64,000 nt of DNA, taken from positions 1,542,916-1,606,915 of the forward strand of contig CAJFCJ010000020.1 in assembly GCA_904063045.1 (NCBI GenBank), given 5' to 3'. The notes beneath the pieces are model-generated. The model ran no database searches, was not told the DNA's origin, and saw only the letters and a program-made list of their open reading frames with translations. The first letter of the stretch is position 1, and every line of letters begins with the position of its first letter. Source of the stretch: Dimorphilus gyrociliatus. Its lineage: Eukaryota; Animalia; Annelida. Both the position numbers and the translations under genes were made by a program. Positions 22,900 to 36,100 of the stretch are shown one piece after another.

Positions 22900-25800
22900 T
22901 TAAATATCAAGTTTATTTAATTCGGTCAATGCTAAGTAGGTATGATAATCGCTTTTACTTTCTTCTGTTTGAGAGAATTCCTCTTTCCAATTAGTGTAAT
23001 TTGGACCTAAACTAATATCGTCAGTCCAAAAGGATTTATTAGCTTCTTTAACAGCCTGAAAGATATTTCATATGAATGTAATTTTATAGATTTAAACATT
23101 TGTCGCAAATATAAAAGCAAATTTTTACTTTGATTAATTCGCTCTTTGATTGTACAACTGAATTTTCTGAGTTTTTCTCATCTTCAACGTCGGGCATAAA
23201 CGGTTTGTTTGATACGAGTGACAAACTCAATTGTAGAGCGTGGCCATGATAATTTTCAACGTTTATTCTTACCTATGATGGAATATACTGTAATTTAATT
23301 ATCTATATAATTAGCTTTAAATACGTACAGTCACGTGCTGGAGGAGAGTGTACTCTTGACGTTTTGAGCCTGTTTGTACAAGGACACTGTTTTCTTTTAA
23401 ATTTAATGTACCAGCAACCCATTGTGTTTCTCCCTTGTTACTAACTTCGACCACCAGATTCTCCTTGTTCTTTAAAAATACTGCACCCTTAATAGCATAA
23501 CGTGGGATGAATACTATAAATCCATTATTACGTAATTGCAATACAACAGCATCTACTACGCATGTCTCATCATCAGATTTCTCTTTAAAGAATAAGGATT
23601 GGAAAAGTTCCTGAGATTGTTTTTGGGCCTGTTGGGCTGCTCTATGTTTGCTATTCATATGTTCTGCGGAAGTTTGTAAATCAGCATTATTCATAAGATT
23701 ATCTTTGCCAGTTTCGTCAATAGCTGCCATTAGGCATCTATGAACAACAACATCGGCATATCTTCTTATGGGAGATGTAAAATGGGTATAGTATTCAAGG
23801 CCTAAGCCATAATGATTAAATAATTCTCGATTCAATGATCCGGTCGAAAAATATGCAGCATTAGACATAGCCTGAGTAGCCAAAATTCTCATAAGTTTGT
23901 TAACTACTGGATCGTCTATGTCAACACAGGAGTCTAACGAAGCCGCTAATTCTGCATTAGACTCAGTTTGTATTGTGAAATTACGCGAGGCAGCGCATTT
24001 CCTGAGAGAATCGAAGTGTTCCTGCCGCGGGGGTGGGTGGTGCCTTAGCTAATAATAAACATAAAATACACATGAAATCGTATTCATGAAGGTGCAGATT
24101 AAAAAAATTATATATTTACCAAAGCGTGAGACGGAAAGGACTGAAATATCTTTTTAGCAACCCAATGATTAGAAAATATCATACATTCTGCTATAGTTTC
24201 GTGAATTTCCAATGACTAAGAAAATGCAATATGTCTATATACATGTGTCATTAAATATTTCATTATCCTTATTTTCAAACCTTTTTCGGTATAACGTTTT
24301 TAATTTTCTCCTCTTGCATTTCAACTTTTACTTCAGAACCTTCTAAAACAACTGCGCCCTCTTCAGTTCTTTTTGCTTTAAAATGCCTTGCTATTTCCAT
24401 TAACTTTATAATAGACCATCTTAATTCTTCAATTCTATATATTTTAATAAATATATAAATAAAAACCTTTCTTTACTTGTTTAAAAATTACCTTAATTCA
24501 ATATCTTTTTTATCGTACTGAGCCATTTCGGATACATTTGCCATTATTTCTTCATTATCTAAACCGTCTGCAATCTTTTGAGCAATTTCGTAGAAAAGTT
24601 TATATTTGGATCTTATAACTGTTCTTCCGTACCAAACATCTTCAACTTCAAAATTTTCATTCATTTTCCATATAACGCTGACAGCATATCTAATAAATAA
24701 AAGAAAAATTTTCTAAATATGTGTAGAATTATATATTAAGGTTCATAAATTTTATTTATGTATACCTGTCAACACCACTAAGTAAGGAGCATAAATCTCC
24801 ACTAAGAACAGACGGAAGCATATCATAACGTCTATCAGCCAAATAGACGCTGGTTGAACGCTCCCTAGCTTCAACATCAGTTAGAGATCCCGGTTGAACA
24901 AAGTGAGTTACGTCGGCTATGTGAACTCCCAGTTCCAGTTTATTGTCCTCGATTTTCCTATACAGTACAACAAAGGTTAAAACTAACTCGGCTGATCTGA
25001 ATGCTAAACGGATTCCTACCGAATTGATAACGTATCATCTACATCTTCGCAACCAATAGGATCAATACTGAATATAAGATGCGATTCTCTTAAATCTCTT
25101 CTCTTCTTAATCTCTTCCGGTGTCATCGTCCACTTTTCCTCCTCATTATTAACAGGCATTTCTTTCAGCTAAGTTTGTAACGGTTGATTGATATTATTAC
25201 TGTAATTTCAATGCGATTAAAATACCCACAATTGATTCACTAAACGGACCAACGTTTAGATTATTCTCTATTAATAGAGTCTTTATTTCAGTTTCCAATT
25301 CACCAGCTTTTCCTAAACTACGGACAAAATGACCATTTGGATATTGGCTGTCCACTTCCCACGAATCAATGCGAACTACAATTTTATGATCTTTAAATGC
25401 GCCCACTAATTTCGTGCTAAGTCGTATTTTTGGAATTCTCCAATCCCAAGGTCGAACAATAACCTTCTCAGCTTTACCCGTAACTTTTACTTGCTACAAT
25501 AAAAATAAAAATATCATTATTAGTATGAAGCAAACAAATTTCCCTTCATTTGCAGTTTTCTACCTGATCTGTTCCAAAGCTGGCTACATAATCTCTCCAA
25601 TTTCTTTGCAATATACCTACGACTTTACCCGTAGGCATCTTATTTGAACTGGAATTATCCTCGACGTCTTCTAAAATAAAAGAGTAACGGCTAATGATTA
25701 CGGAAAATCGACAATAAATAAAAGACTGTTTTACTTACTTGTTTCATTTTCCTTAACGAGAACAAATATTCTAGACTTCCATTGGCTCTTCGGGTAAAGT

Positions 25801-27040
25801 TCAACAACGATTCTATCGCCATGTATAGCTCGGTTTCTATTAGCTTGTCCTGGTATAAGAATATCAGATTCTTCACCTCCTTGTTTACTTGATAATCTTA
25901 GTAGAGAAGCAAATATAGCTAAAATTTTTTTTATAAAGATTGCAAAAACAGAAAAATTTACCCTGATCGTTTGAGAAAAGCTTCCGAATTTGCACAGTAC
26001 CTATTGACATTTAATACACCCTCGACAAAACGCCCAGACTTAATACCCGCTTCAAGAACTTCATTAGGTAAATAGCCAGCTATTTCATCTATTTAAATAA
26101 GTAAACAATTTTTATAAAGTACCTTTATATTATACATCGAATTGATGAGTTACCAGTTTCCGATCTTTCCTCTAAAGCATCCTTTATACTTTCGTAAAGG
26201 TTAAAAGCACCTTCCCATTCAGAAAAAAACGTTTTTAGATATTCTTTAAAAGTAAGAACAAATATATTTGGAGTTTCTCCTTCGTATAGTTCTTTCATCT
26301 ATAAATAATACGTTCATTGTTAATATGCAATAAATATTTGTTTACTACTTTTGGATCCTCGCTTAAAATGACAAAAGATGTTTGTCCAGCCAAATGATTG
26401 TAATACCATACAGTAGCATTGTAGACGCTTCTGTGTAAAATAAAGAGAAATATAAGTATTGAATAGAAAAAGATTTTATATTTAACCTTCTTCTCCAATC
26501 AATTATGCTTTCTCCTTTCTTTCGTTCTACGAAAGCATATCTTTGAAATTCGTTGTAAAAAATTGCGCTTTCTTTAAATGGATTATTAACAATTGACATG
26601 AGGGATTTATGAAGCCTCATACTACCCTCGTGTTGTATCTAAACCATTGAAACGATAATGAATGTTTTAATTCAATAAAATTTCATAGAAATCGTATTAA
26701 AGTACTTACAAAATAAGTTACTGTTTGCAGGAAGATAATACCTCGAAATTCAGGCATTTCCAATAGTTCCATATAATTTTTGGCTAATAGACAATCTGGA
26801 ATTATATAATGACTAGCCCTATCTTTGTTTGGCAGTCTGTAGTCTTGTTTGCCTGATGAATTGGCATTGTTTCAGTTTTGTGTTTGGTATGAATTTTGAA
26901 AACCTACTTTTCTCGATACAATCGCTTAAACACAATTTACTATGGCAAGGAATATCTTCTCTTAAATATTGTTCTCGAACTATCCTAAATGTTTTTCCAA
27001 TAGGATTCTTTAATTGAACTATTTTATCCTTTTTAAGCAT
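22900..27040 (-). CDS. DIS3L: DIS3-like exonuclease 1 (cytoplasmic exosome RNB nuclease), many exons
   Basis: [34 protein letters not shown]; degenerate PIN region ([21 protein letters not shown]3L-type); RNB catalytic [17 protein letters not shown]; [26 protein letters not shown]. Stop at 22900-22902. Confidence 0.9.
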
Positions 27041-27382
27041 ATTGGTTGTGTTATTATATCCTATTATCGCTCAAGGTTAGTTGAAATTGCTTCTTGTTGA
27101 TAAAATAATACACTATTGATACTTGCAAAAATACCAAATTCTTAATAAAGTAAGATGTTGTTAGTATTGCATAATCTTGTGAAAATGTTTTACTGAGTCA
27201 ACTAAGTATTACTTGCCCATGTTTCCCTATTGAGACACCGTAGAATTAGTAATTGAATAACTTTCGAAGGTTGAGTGGAAACTCTTTTTTTGATTAAAGT
27301 TTATTAAATAATTTGGTGATTAAAAGTTAATCTAGAAAATATAATAGAAATAGAAAAAGATTTAGTGTAACTTTGTGTCTAA

Positions 27383-29132
27383 TTAAACATAATTGATAGG
27401 CTGAACTTTCATTTCTACACGTTTTAAAGAATATCTTTCTCCCGCCTCCTCTTTAAATGTATACCAAATTATACCGTCGGTCTCCTTGTCTTTTGGATTG
27501 TAATATCCACTCGTATAATAATAACCAGTTAGAAAACTACTGAAGCTATCTTTAAACCACCATCCTCCTTCTAAGATATGAGCCAAATTTCTTTCTGAAT
27601 GATCGTTATCATTATCTTCGGTACTGAACATCATTCCATCGTGTAGACTCATACAATTACCAGCATTTCCTGTGTAGCGTCCAATTTTTAGTCTATAGTT
27701 GCTTTCAGCCGAGTCAACTCTAAATTCATCATAGACAGCATACTTATAATTGCCTTCAAAATCCCACATATCAATCCTCAATCGACACTTGATATTTACG
27801 GTTAATAAATGCATAAATTCATTACCGGACCAGAATTCACCGTACGGATTACCAAAACCATGGACGTAATCATTCCAAACTCGTTTAAAGCTAGTACCAC
27901 CATCAATACGTCTCAGTAGAACTGTCCATCCAGAAGTGTCAGTCATGTGACAGTACACATCAAAGAACTTATTTGTAAGTTTATCTGGAATTACCCTATA
28001 GACTGAGCTAACTCTATGACCCCTTGTGAACAAGTCATTACAATCTTTGGGATATTTCGAGTTGATTCCTGCCAATGTATTATATGATGCAAAATTTCTA
28101 ACAAAATCCTCTACAGACTTTTCGTCTAATTTTCCTATGTTGGTTAGAAGTCGTATCATCTCCTTTTGTATTTGTTGAGTGGATAATCTTAATCTGCTAA
28201 CGCTTGATGCTAAACTAGCTGTGTTCGCGCTTAATTCTCTATAATATCTCTGTAATCTTTCTACTTCGGCTTCTAAATCCGATAAAGCGCTTCGATTCCA
28301 TGAATGATTATGCCGTAAGCCATTCTTTTCCTTAAAAAAAAAATACATCATTTCCGTTTATGTAATGGAGTAATTTCAGCTAGATTTACATTGAAAATTA
28401 CTATCTTACACGTTTAGAAGCTTGCACCTTGACTTTTAGCTTTCCCAGATCTCTCCTTATCTCTTTAATATCTTTTTGTGATTTTAGAATCGACAGTGAT
28501 GAGTTTTTTAGTTGCTTTATTTGCAATAAAAATTCGGCCCAATAATAGGAGGAATCTTCCTTAACCTGTTCTACATCTTTTATAATTTGACGAAGAGTCT
28601 CATTTATCTCTTTGACATTTTTTAGATTAGAACTATCCTCAAATTTCGAAACGGCATTTAAACACACCCGGTTATGATGTCTTGTTTCGTGTAAAACATC
28701 TATTTTCAACTGCAATAAAAAATCAATGTTGAAAGCAAATACTTTAGGGGATACAATTCAATAGATACCTTTAAAAATTTCTCATCTAATGACCTGGCCA
28801 TATTATTTCTTTCGAATGAATAAATAGTTACCGCACCGTTTAACTTGTCTGTTAAATTCCTATTATATAATATCTCGTTCATAAGTTGACTCCTTATCAT
28901 TTGCATCTAAATATTTTTCAGTTCAATTGCGTTTATGATTAGAAATATTACTCACCTCCTTTTCAATAGATAGTTGGGTAATATTCAGAGAAAATTCCAA
29001 TTCTCTTAACTGCTTTAATGCATTTGCACTTGGTTTCCAAACATGAAATTTATATTGACAATCATTTTCATAGTCAGTTTGATAACTGTAAAGGGGTGAC
29101 AGAACTAAACTTAGAATAAGGAAAAGCTCCAT
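27383..29132 (-). CDS. Secreted fibrinogen-related protein (signal peptide, coiled coil, FBG domain; angiopoietin-like/FREP)
   Basis: MELFLILSLVLSPLYSY signal peptide; heptad-rich middle exons; FBG motifs FDVYCHM, GWTVLLRRIDG, GFGNPYGEFWSGNE, GMMFSTEDNDND, GGWWF, EMKVQP. Confidence 0.9.
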
Positions 29133-29497
29133 CGTATGCTTTTAACAAAATGAATAGGTAAGCGCATGTAGAGATCCAAGGTGATTCGAAATCTAAAAAT
29201 TCTTCTGTGGTTGGCCAAAAGAAAATGTTCTATACTGTCCTAAGCTTTATAACAAGGAGATAACCCACAGCATTGGTAAGGTGTAAAACTTACCAAGGAT
29301 CAGAATGAAAGAGATTAATTATTTACAATAATGCCTCTAGCTACGCCTCTTAAAGTGATAATAAAGAGAATTGCGTGCTTTCAATAGCGTCTTAATCAAG
29401 CAATTAATGCAATTTAAATCGACCGCGTATTGCAAAGGTTACGTGTTTACTATTATTTTATTTTATTACTTCAAAAAAAAAAGAACAAAGTTTAAAT

Positions 29498-31768
29498 TTA
29501 ATTTCCGTCTTTCTTGCTATCATCGCTATCGGCACCATCGCTATCATCATCACTATCACTATCATCGTCGTCTCCTTCCTCGTCCTCGTCATCATCGCTT
29601 TCAAAGGTGCTTGCTGGAATCTTATAAATTCTAATTGTTGGTTTGTTAGGATCTTTCATTATCAAATATTTTCCGTCATCCAATTTCATGCAGGTGTCGA
29701 TAATAACACGGAGAATTCCCCAACAATTATCCATTTTTAAATTGATTTGATTGGCAAATTCTGCCGGCTTGAACTGCTGGGTACCGAGGATTACGTGCCT
29801 CGCAGAATCTCTTACATTCAATCTATTGGAATTATTTTTAAACTAGATTGAGAATTTAGAAATATTATAATTCTTTACCTAGAAACGTAACCAAATTTAA
29901 TTTGGTCGGATCCACTTAACAATGCCCCTACTGTCCACTTAGCTAATTTGCATGAATTATTTTTCAATTCAGTAGCTAACACAGCTCCTCTCTGATTATC
30001 TAATCTTGATCGCCAGTCAACGCCGTTGGATGCTTTGGAATCCCATTCATTTAGCGCTTTAATGCTCATTTGCTGGATTGATCCATCAATAGCTTGCGTT
30101 ACAGCATCAACTTCACAGCGGGCAACAAGCTCAATGTTATTTCCTAAATCCCATTTTCTATATTTATAAGCAACAGATGCTATGTCTCCTTCAGTTTCCT
30201 CCTCAAAAGGATTAGTTTCCTTAAATTGATGACGTTCGCCACTCTGTCAGACAAAAAGTGTAATAATTGCGTGTTACAGGTAAATAATGTCTTTCATTTG
30301 AAAATGAGAGATTAAATATTTAAACGTAAGTATTTTATAGCATTCGAAATGAAAGTCTACACTTAAAATCGAAATGTAGACTGCAGGAGAATGCGTTAAA
30401 AAAGTCGCCTGCTTACCATTTTAAGCACTTGTTGCGAAAAATTGTGATTTATGAAAGCCGCTTCCATAGCTAAATTATGTGGTGAATTGATGCTCAAACC
30501 CTCTTCTTGGGGTGTTTCGGTGGCGGTTTCATTAACAGTCAATTGATCTATCGAGGTAGAAATATAAACATTGTCTTTCAGAGACAAATGAATACAAACC
30601 GAAGTTAGAGTCATCACGTTTATCCAAAAAGAGCTTATTTTTAACTTTCTGGACAACGATATCCCATGAATATACCGAACGTGTACAACACATAATTGTT
30701 GCTAAGATAGAGTCAGTAGCAAAGACATTTCCTTGTTTAGCAAGCTGTAATAAAAAAATAACATTTTTAATGAAAATTTCCTTCTTGATTAAATATATCT
30801 ACTTTTCTTATAATAGGGTCCTCAGTAGTTGTAACTTTATGGAATACCCTATTGATTCTATTAAGACGTCTCTCAGATTTCGTTGTTATTCGATCATATG
30901 ACTTGTCATAAAACTCTAGCGAACCACATAATTTCCTGGCATAAATGAAATTATATGGTTAATGTCTTAGTAGTTTAAGAATCTGATTCAACTTACAAAT
31001 CTTCAGGTTCATTTATTGTTGGCAATGAAAGTTTAGCTAATCTAGGGAAGTCCATATCTTCCATGAATTTCCAGGATTCGCGAACTTGAACAGAGGCCTC
31101 TCGATTTTTTTGCTGTGGCTTTCCATAATTCTTTTTTGAATCTTGCATTTGCCGACCATATTGTTTTTGCCATTTGCGAATTTGTCTTTGACGATCTCTG
31201 AATATTTCAATAAAATAATATTGCATTTTGCACGATGTAAAATTTGTTACTAACCTTTCTCTACTCTTTTGAGATTTTGTCAAAACCTGCATCTGTTGCT
31301 GTTGCAATTGTCTTCTTTCACGTTCCTTACGCATTTTCTGGTATTGCGTATACTTAACACGATTCCTTTGATAGATTGATTTTTGTTGACGTGTAGTGTC
31401 AACAAGTTGGAAGGAACTCTCATCCTCCTCATGATAATACGCGTATTGAGTAGCATTTGCACCAAATTGGGATTGATACTTATCTGTAAATTAGAGCAAT
31501 AAGTATATGTAAGATTATCATTAAAAAAACAACTTACTCAAAATACGCCTATCCTGATAAGTTGATCCATACCAGTCTGCAACCTGTTGAGAAAAACAAT
31601 AAAATAAGAAATATGCTGATACTCAGTATATTTTACACGTAATACCTTTCCCAGACGGTCACCTTTTGAAAAAGGTTGGTAAGGCATATCTTTAAACTGT
31701 TCCGGCAATGTACACGGACCCCAGCCGTCTGGGTTATCCTGAATAATAGGAGGCACAAACTTTGCCAT
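29498..31768 (-). CDS. EIF3D: Eukaryotic translation initiation factor 3 subunit D, multi-exon
   Basis: [97 protein letters not shown], and an acidic tail. Confidence 0.95.
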
Positions 31769-31987
31769 TGAAGTTGGCTATTATTCAGTTATTTCCTAAT
31801 TAATAAAGCAGACTCAGTTCCGACAATATCCACGCTGCCGATATCTTCCGGTGTGGTCACTTTCAGTACGTAGTCACAAGAGATCTTCAACAATTTATTA
31901 GACAGGCAATATTCCTCTGTATGATAAGTTTAACACCAGACTATTCCTCGCTCTTTCTTAATTCTACAGGAAATAATAATCCAAAAT
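31769..31987. promoter_or_regulatory. Putative bidirectional promoter shared by eIF3d and DCTN3
   Basis: Start codons on opposite strands only 219 bp apart. Confidence 0.6.
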
Positions 31988-32981
31988 ATGGGAACTAGCT
32001 TAGACGCAGTGACCTTACTTGAACAGCGTTTAGATAAATTGGAAAGTTTAGTTCTCGGACCTAAAGGTAGCGGTAATGAGAATTCTGATGTGAGTTTCTC
32101 TCTTACTACATCTGCTTGTTTTCAACTGTTCTTAAAATTCGTTATAGAATATTTTATATTTATTTTTTTTATTTTCTGATAGATTATTGGATCTGTTGTA
32201 AAGTCTAATGAAAAACTTAACCTTGCATTAACTGGGAGGCAGAAAATTATTAACTTGTTCAAACAACGTATGATTTAGATAAACTAAACAACCAAAATAA
32301 AACTTCAATTTTATTTCAGTTGATGATTTAGAAAGTTATTTAAGTTTGGAATATTCAAAGAAAGCTTTGTTGTCTAATCGAACCAAAGTCGATATTATAG
32401 TCGCAGGTAGAAAATTAAAAAATTATATATATTTAAAAATGATGCTGATTGAATTCGATAGAGGAAGAATTAATGAAGCAAAGTACTGAAAATCTAGAGA
32501 AGATCAAGGATTTATCGAAAGCTCTAGATAGTGAACACATAAAATGTAAGTAAATGTGTCTTTTTACGCAGCTTTTCCTCAATATTTTCTATTTACCTCC
32601 AACAGCTGTTTCTTCTCTAAATGGTAAACTAAATCAATTATGCGTAGTTCACCTCCAGCAGAAGGTTTATTGCATACTATTAATTTAATGAATAATTTTA
32701 TTTTTAATAACCGAGAGTATAAATTACTAAATTTTCAGGATGCAGCTAATGACTATTCAGCTGAGGTAAAAGGTCTCTTGGAGCATTACAATAATATCGT
32801 ATCCTTTTATCATATTTAATGATTTGTAAACATAATTATACCAAAAAGACATAAAATATGATTACCAATTTTTCCTTAGCTACATTTTAAATAGATTTTA
32901 TTGTTATCGAAACAACTCTCCCAGTACAATTCTATTTTAACGAAGATGGAAAAGGAAAAAGGGAATTCTGATGAATCTTAA
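31988..32981 (+). CDS. DCTN3: Dynactin subunit 3 (p24/p22), multi-exon
   Basis: MGTSLDAVTLLEQRLDKLESLVLG..., ...LLEHYNNI|ILLLSKQLSQYNSILTKMEKEKGNSDES*; size and motif pattern fit the p22 dynactin family. Confidence 0.85.
32799..32894 (+). other. U12-type (minor spliceosome) GT-AG intron in DCTN3
   Basis: 5' splice site GTATCCTTTT, branch-like TTTTCCTTAGC about 15 nt before the AG, short polypyrimidine tract; phase-0 splice keeps the frame. Confidence 0.85.
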
Positions 32982-33171
32982 ATGAAGATAGGAGACTTTT
33001 ATATTTTTTTTCGACTTGGAAAATGAGATAAACATTACAAGAAAATATGCTTCTGTCTTGGTTCCTTAAAGCGGTTTATAATATTTATTGCTGTATAATT
33101 CGAAATAAATTTGTAAAAAATAAAATAAAAATGAAAGAAATGCTTGAGTTTAAAAGAAATAAGCGGTTTGT

Positions 33172-36100
33172 CTAAGTTGTACTACTGGTGGGGCGTTGTA
33201 GTATTTTGTAAGGTAACGATACGAATGGTACCGTAATGAAACCACCCGATGAAGTTGATTTCATAGTAGTTCCATCACTCAAATAAGCACCAATCTGTTG
33301 ATCTGTTATTTGCAGAGTATGCGGTGGAATTGAAGCGTTATTTTGCAATGTAGATTCGCCGTCGTCATTCTGACGAGACACTAATGGGGCAATTATGCGT
33401 ACTTGCTTGGAATCGTTAGTCGTACTTTGATTAGTGGCGAAGCTCTGTGCGTTAGCCGATTGACTATTTATCACGTAAATATCGTCATCGGATAACATGT
33501 CCCTCAACGAATTTGAAGAGCCCTTGTCGCTATAGTCTAGTATCATTCGTCCTTCTTGCATATCCTGCTCGGAAAAAATATTTTTTTCAATCCTATCCAT
33601 GATAGGAAATTAACGAAGTGAAAAGATTAATACTTACGAAACCCTTATTCACATTGTCCACAAGGACATGCTGTTGTTTATCTTTACGACAGCAGCAACA
33701 GCAAAATAGTATTATAAAAGAGAGAAGAGTCCAAATTATAAATATTAAAATAACCGCCAGAAGAACCCAAAGTATTTCCAGTTCGGCACCTGTTTTAGAT
33801 TTCTATTCACGAAATAAAGAAAGAAGATATAACTCTTAGTAGTAAGATAAATTTTCAAAAGCTACGAAATTACTTTGAATATAATTCCTAGATTGGCTAG
33901 CTCATCTTCTCCCTTCACAGCTCCAACATCTATACCTTCTCGCAACACATGAATTACAACATCCGTTCTAAAAGATGTATTTCTCGTTATTTATCTCGAT
34001 TAAACAGTTTAAAGATTATTCTTACTTATCAGTGTTAACTTCTCCGGAATTTGTTACATGCTTTCCAACACGAATCACACAAACCAATCCATTCCTCTCT
34101 GCAATCTTCTTCATGTAATAGTTAAGTTTATCAAGGACAACTTCTTCCTTCTCGTTTATTGTTACAACTTTTTCCTTGCTGTGTTCAGTTACCCAAACAT
34201 TCACATAGCGTTCTGCAGATGATGTACTAAGAGTATTACTCGCCCGTACCGTAATATTATGTAATTTTTGAAGCCTTCTATCGAAAACTGATGCGGTCGA
34301 TAAGAGGCCACTTTGGGAATTTAAAGAAAAGAAAATTTTTGACGAATTTTTGACTAATCTATATTCTAAAGCATCCATATCATCTGGATCTTTAGCTTCT
34401 AAAACTAGTAAGGGTGTTCCTATTTTTGTCCTATCTGTTACACACACATCTTTAACTGAGTCGTCAAATTGAATATCTTCATCTTCTTCATTCTTTACAT
34501 ATACCGTTACTCTAACTTTCGAATTATCTTTGCATTTACAGTTTGACTTTAAACTGGCTTCCGCAGGTTTTGTACTTGCTTGTATTTCGAAGACATACTT
34601 AGATTGCTTCTCATAGTCGATTTGTCCTTCTATTGCAATTATTTCGCCTGTAGATTTATCAACACGAAATGGTAAATTTTTATCTTTTAACAAGTATTCA
34701 AACTGGGCATTTTTTCCTTCATCTCTATCAATTGCTCTGACTTTCCCAATAGATGTATTAACTTGTATGGATTCTGAGACGTAAAATTTATATGGAATGG
34801 AGCAGCAATTCTAAGAAAGAAAGTATATATAAATATTCCATATAAAGCTATTGACAAAAGAGCATAGGACGCAGCCTTACCCTATGGGAAAGAAATTCGG
34901 GCGAATGGTCGTCTATATCAGTGACATTAATAATTAAGTATTTAGTTGCAGTTTTCGAAGGAATACCATTGTCTTTGGCCTGCACTACTAAAACGTGGAC
35001 ACTTTTCTTTTCCCTGTCTAATCGTTCTTTTAAATAGATCTCTCCCAATGACAAATCTATTTTAAACAATGAGGTTTCGTGTGACGGTTTTCCATCTTCT
35101 ATGAAGCTATATGTTACTTCATCTTTATCGTCGTCTTCTGCTACTACTTTCACTATTAGAGCTCCAGGACCTTCTTCCTCTTGCGTTTGAATAATATTAT
35201 TTTCCGGTTTTACAAAATATGGCGCGTTATTATTAGATTTTAAAACTCGTATATTGATTTTATATTTTGAAGATAGTTGTGTTGGCTTGCCTTCGTCCTT
35301 CGCTTCGATAGTTAATTGATAATTGTTTGACTGACCAACTAATGATTTTTTTACTTTAACATTCCCAGTATCTGGATCAATATCAAATATCCCATCTAAG
35401 ATAGAAAAATCAAAGAGTATGTCAAAGAGAGTTAGTGTTGCATTTAAAATATTAGTATTTCAAATTAATACCGTCGTTTCCGGATTCTATTCGATATTTA
35501 ACTTTACCATTGTCTCCTGAATCCTTGTCAGAGGCTATTACTTTTAGGAAACTTTCATCTGGAGATATTGTCTCAATAATATCTATTTTATCCCTTACAG
35601 TTTTGTCGAAGACTGGTCTGTTATCGTTCAAATCTCGCAAAAAAATTCTAACCTACAACAAACCAGAATCGAATATCATATTTCAAATAGCAATTACTAA
35701 CGATAACTTTGCTAGATCGAGAAACGCTGGTGTCTTTTGGGCTATCTGTCGCTGTAACCGTTAGATAGATGACATCTCTTTGCTCTCTATCCAAAATACT
35801 TGGATCCTTAACAGTTATTCTTCCCTAATTAATATATTAACATAATTTAGAATACTTTAGAGTTTTCGTACGAAACAAAAATTATTAAATACAGTTGTAG
35901 GGTTAATTTGGAATGCTCCTAAATCGTCGTTGAGTGTGTATGTAATATCCCCATAATTGCCATTATCTCCGTCTGTCGCTCCAACTTGAAGAACAAACTT
36001 ATTTTTCCCTAAATTCTCGTCGATGGTCTTATCATAGTTTATCTGAGAAATAAAAGGAAAGTAGCTATAAATATAGAAGTAATGGTACAGATTTCTCTTT

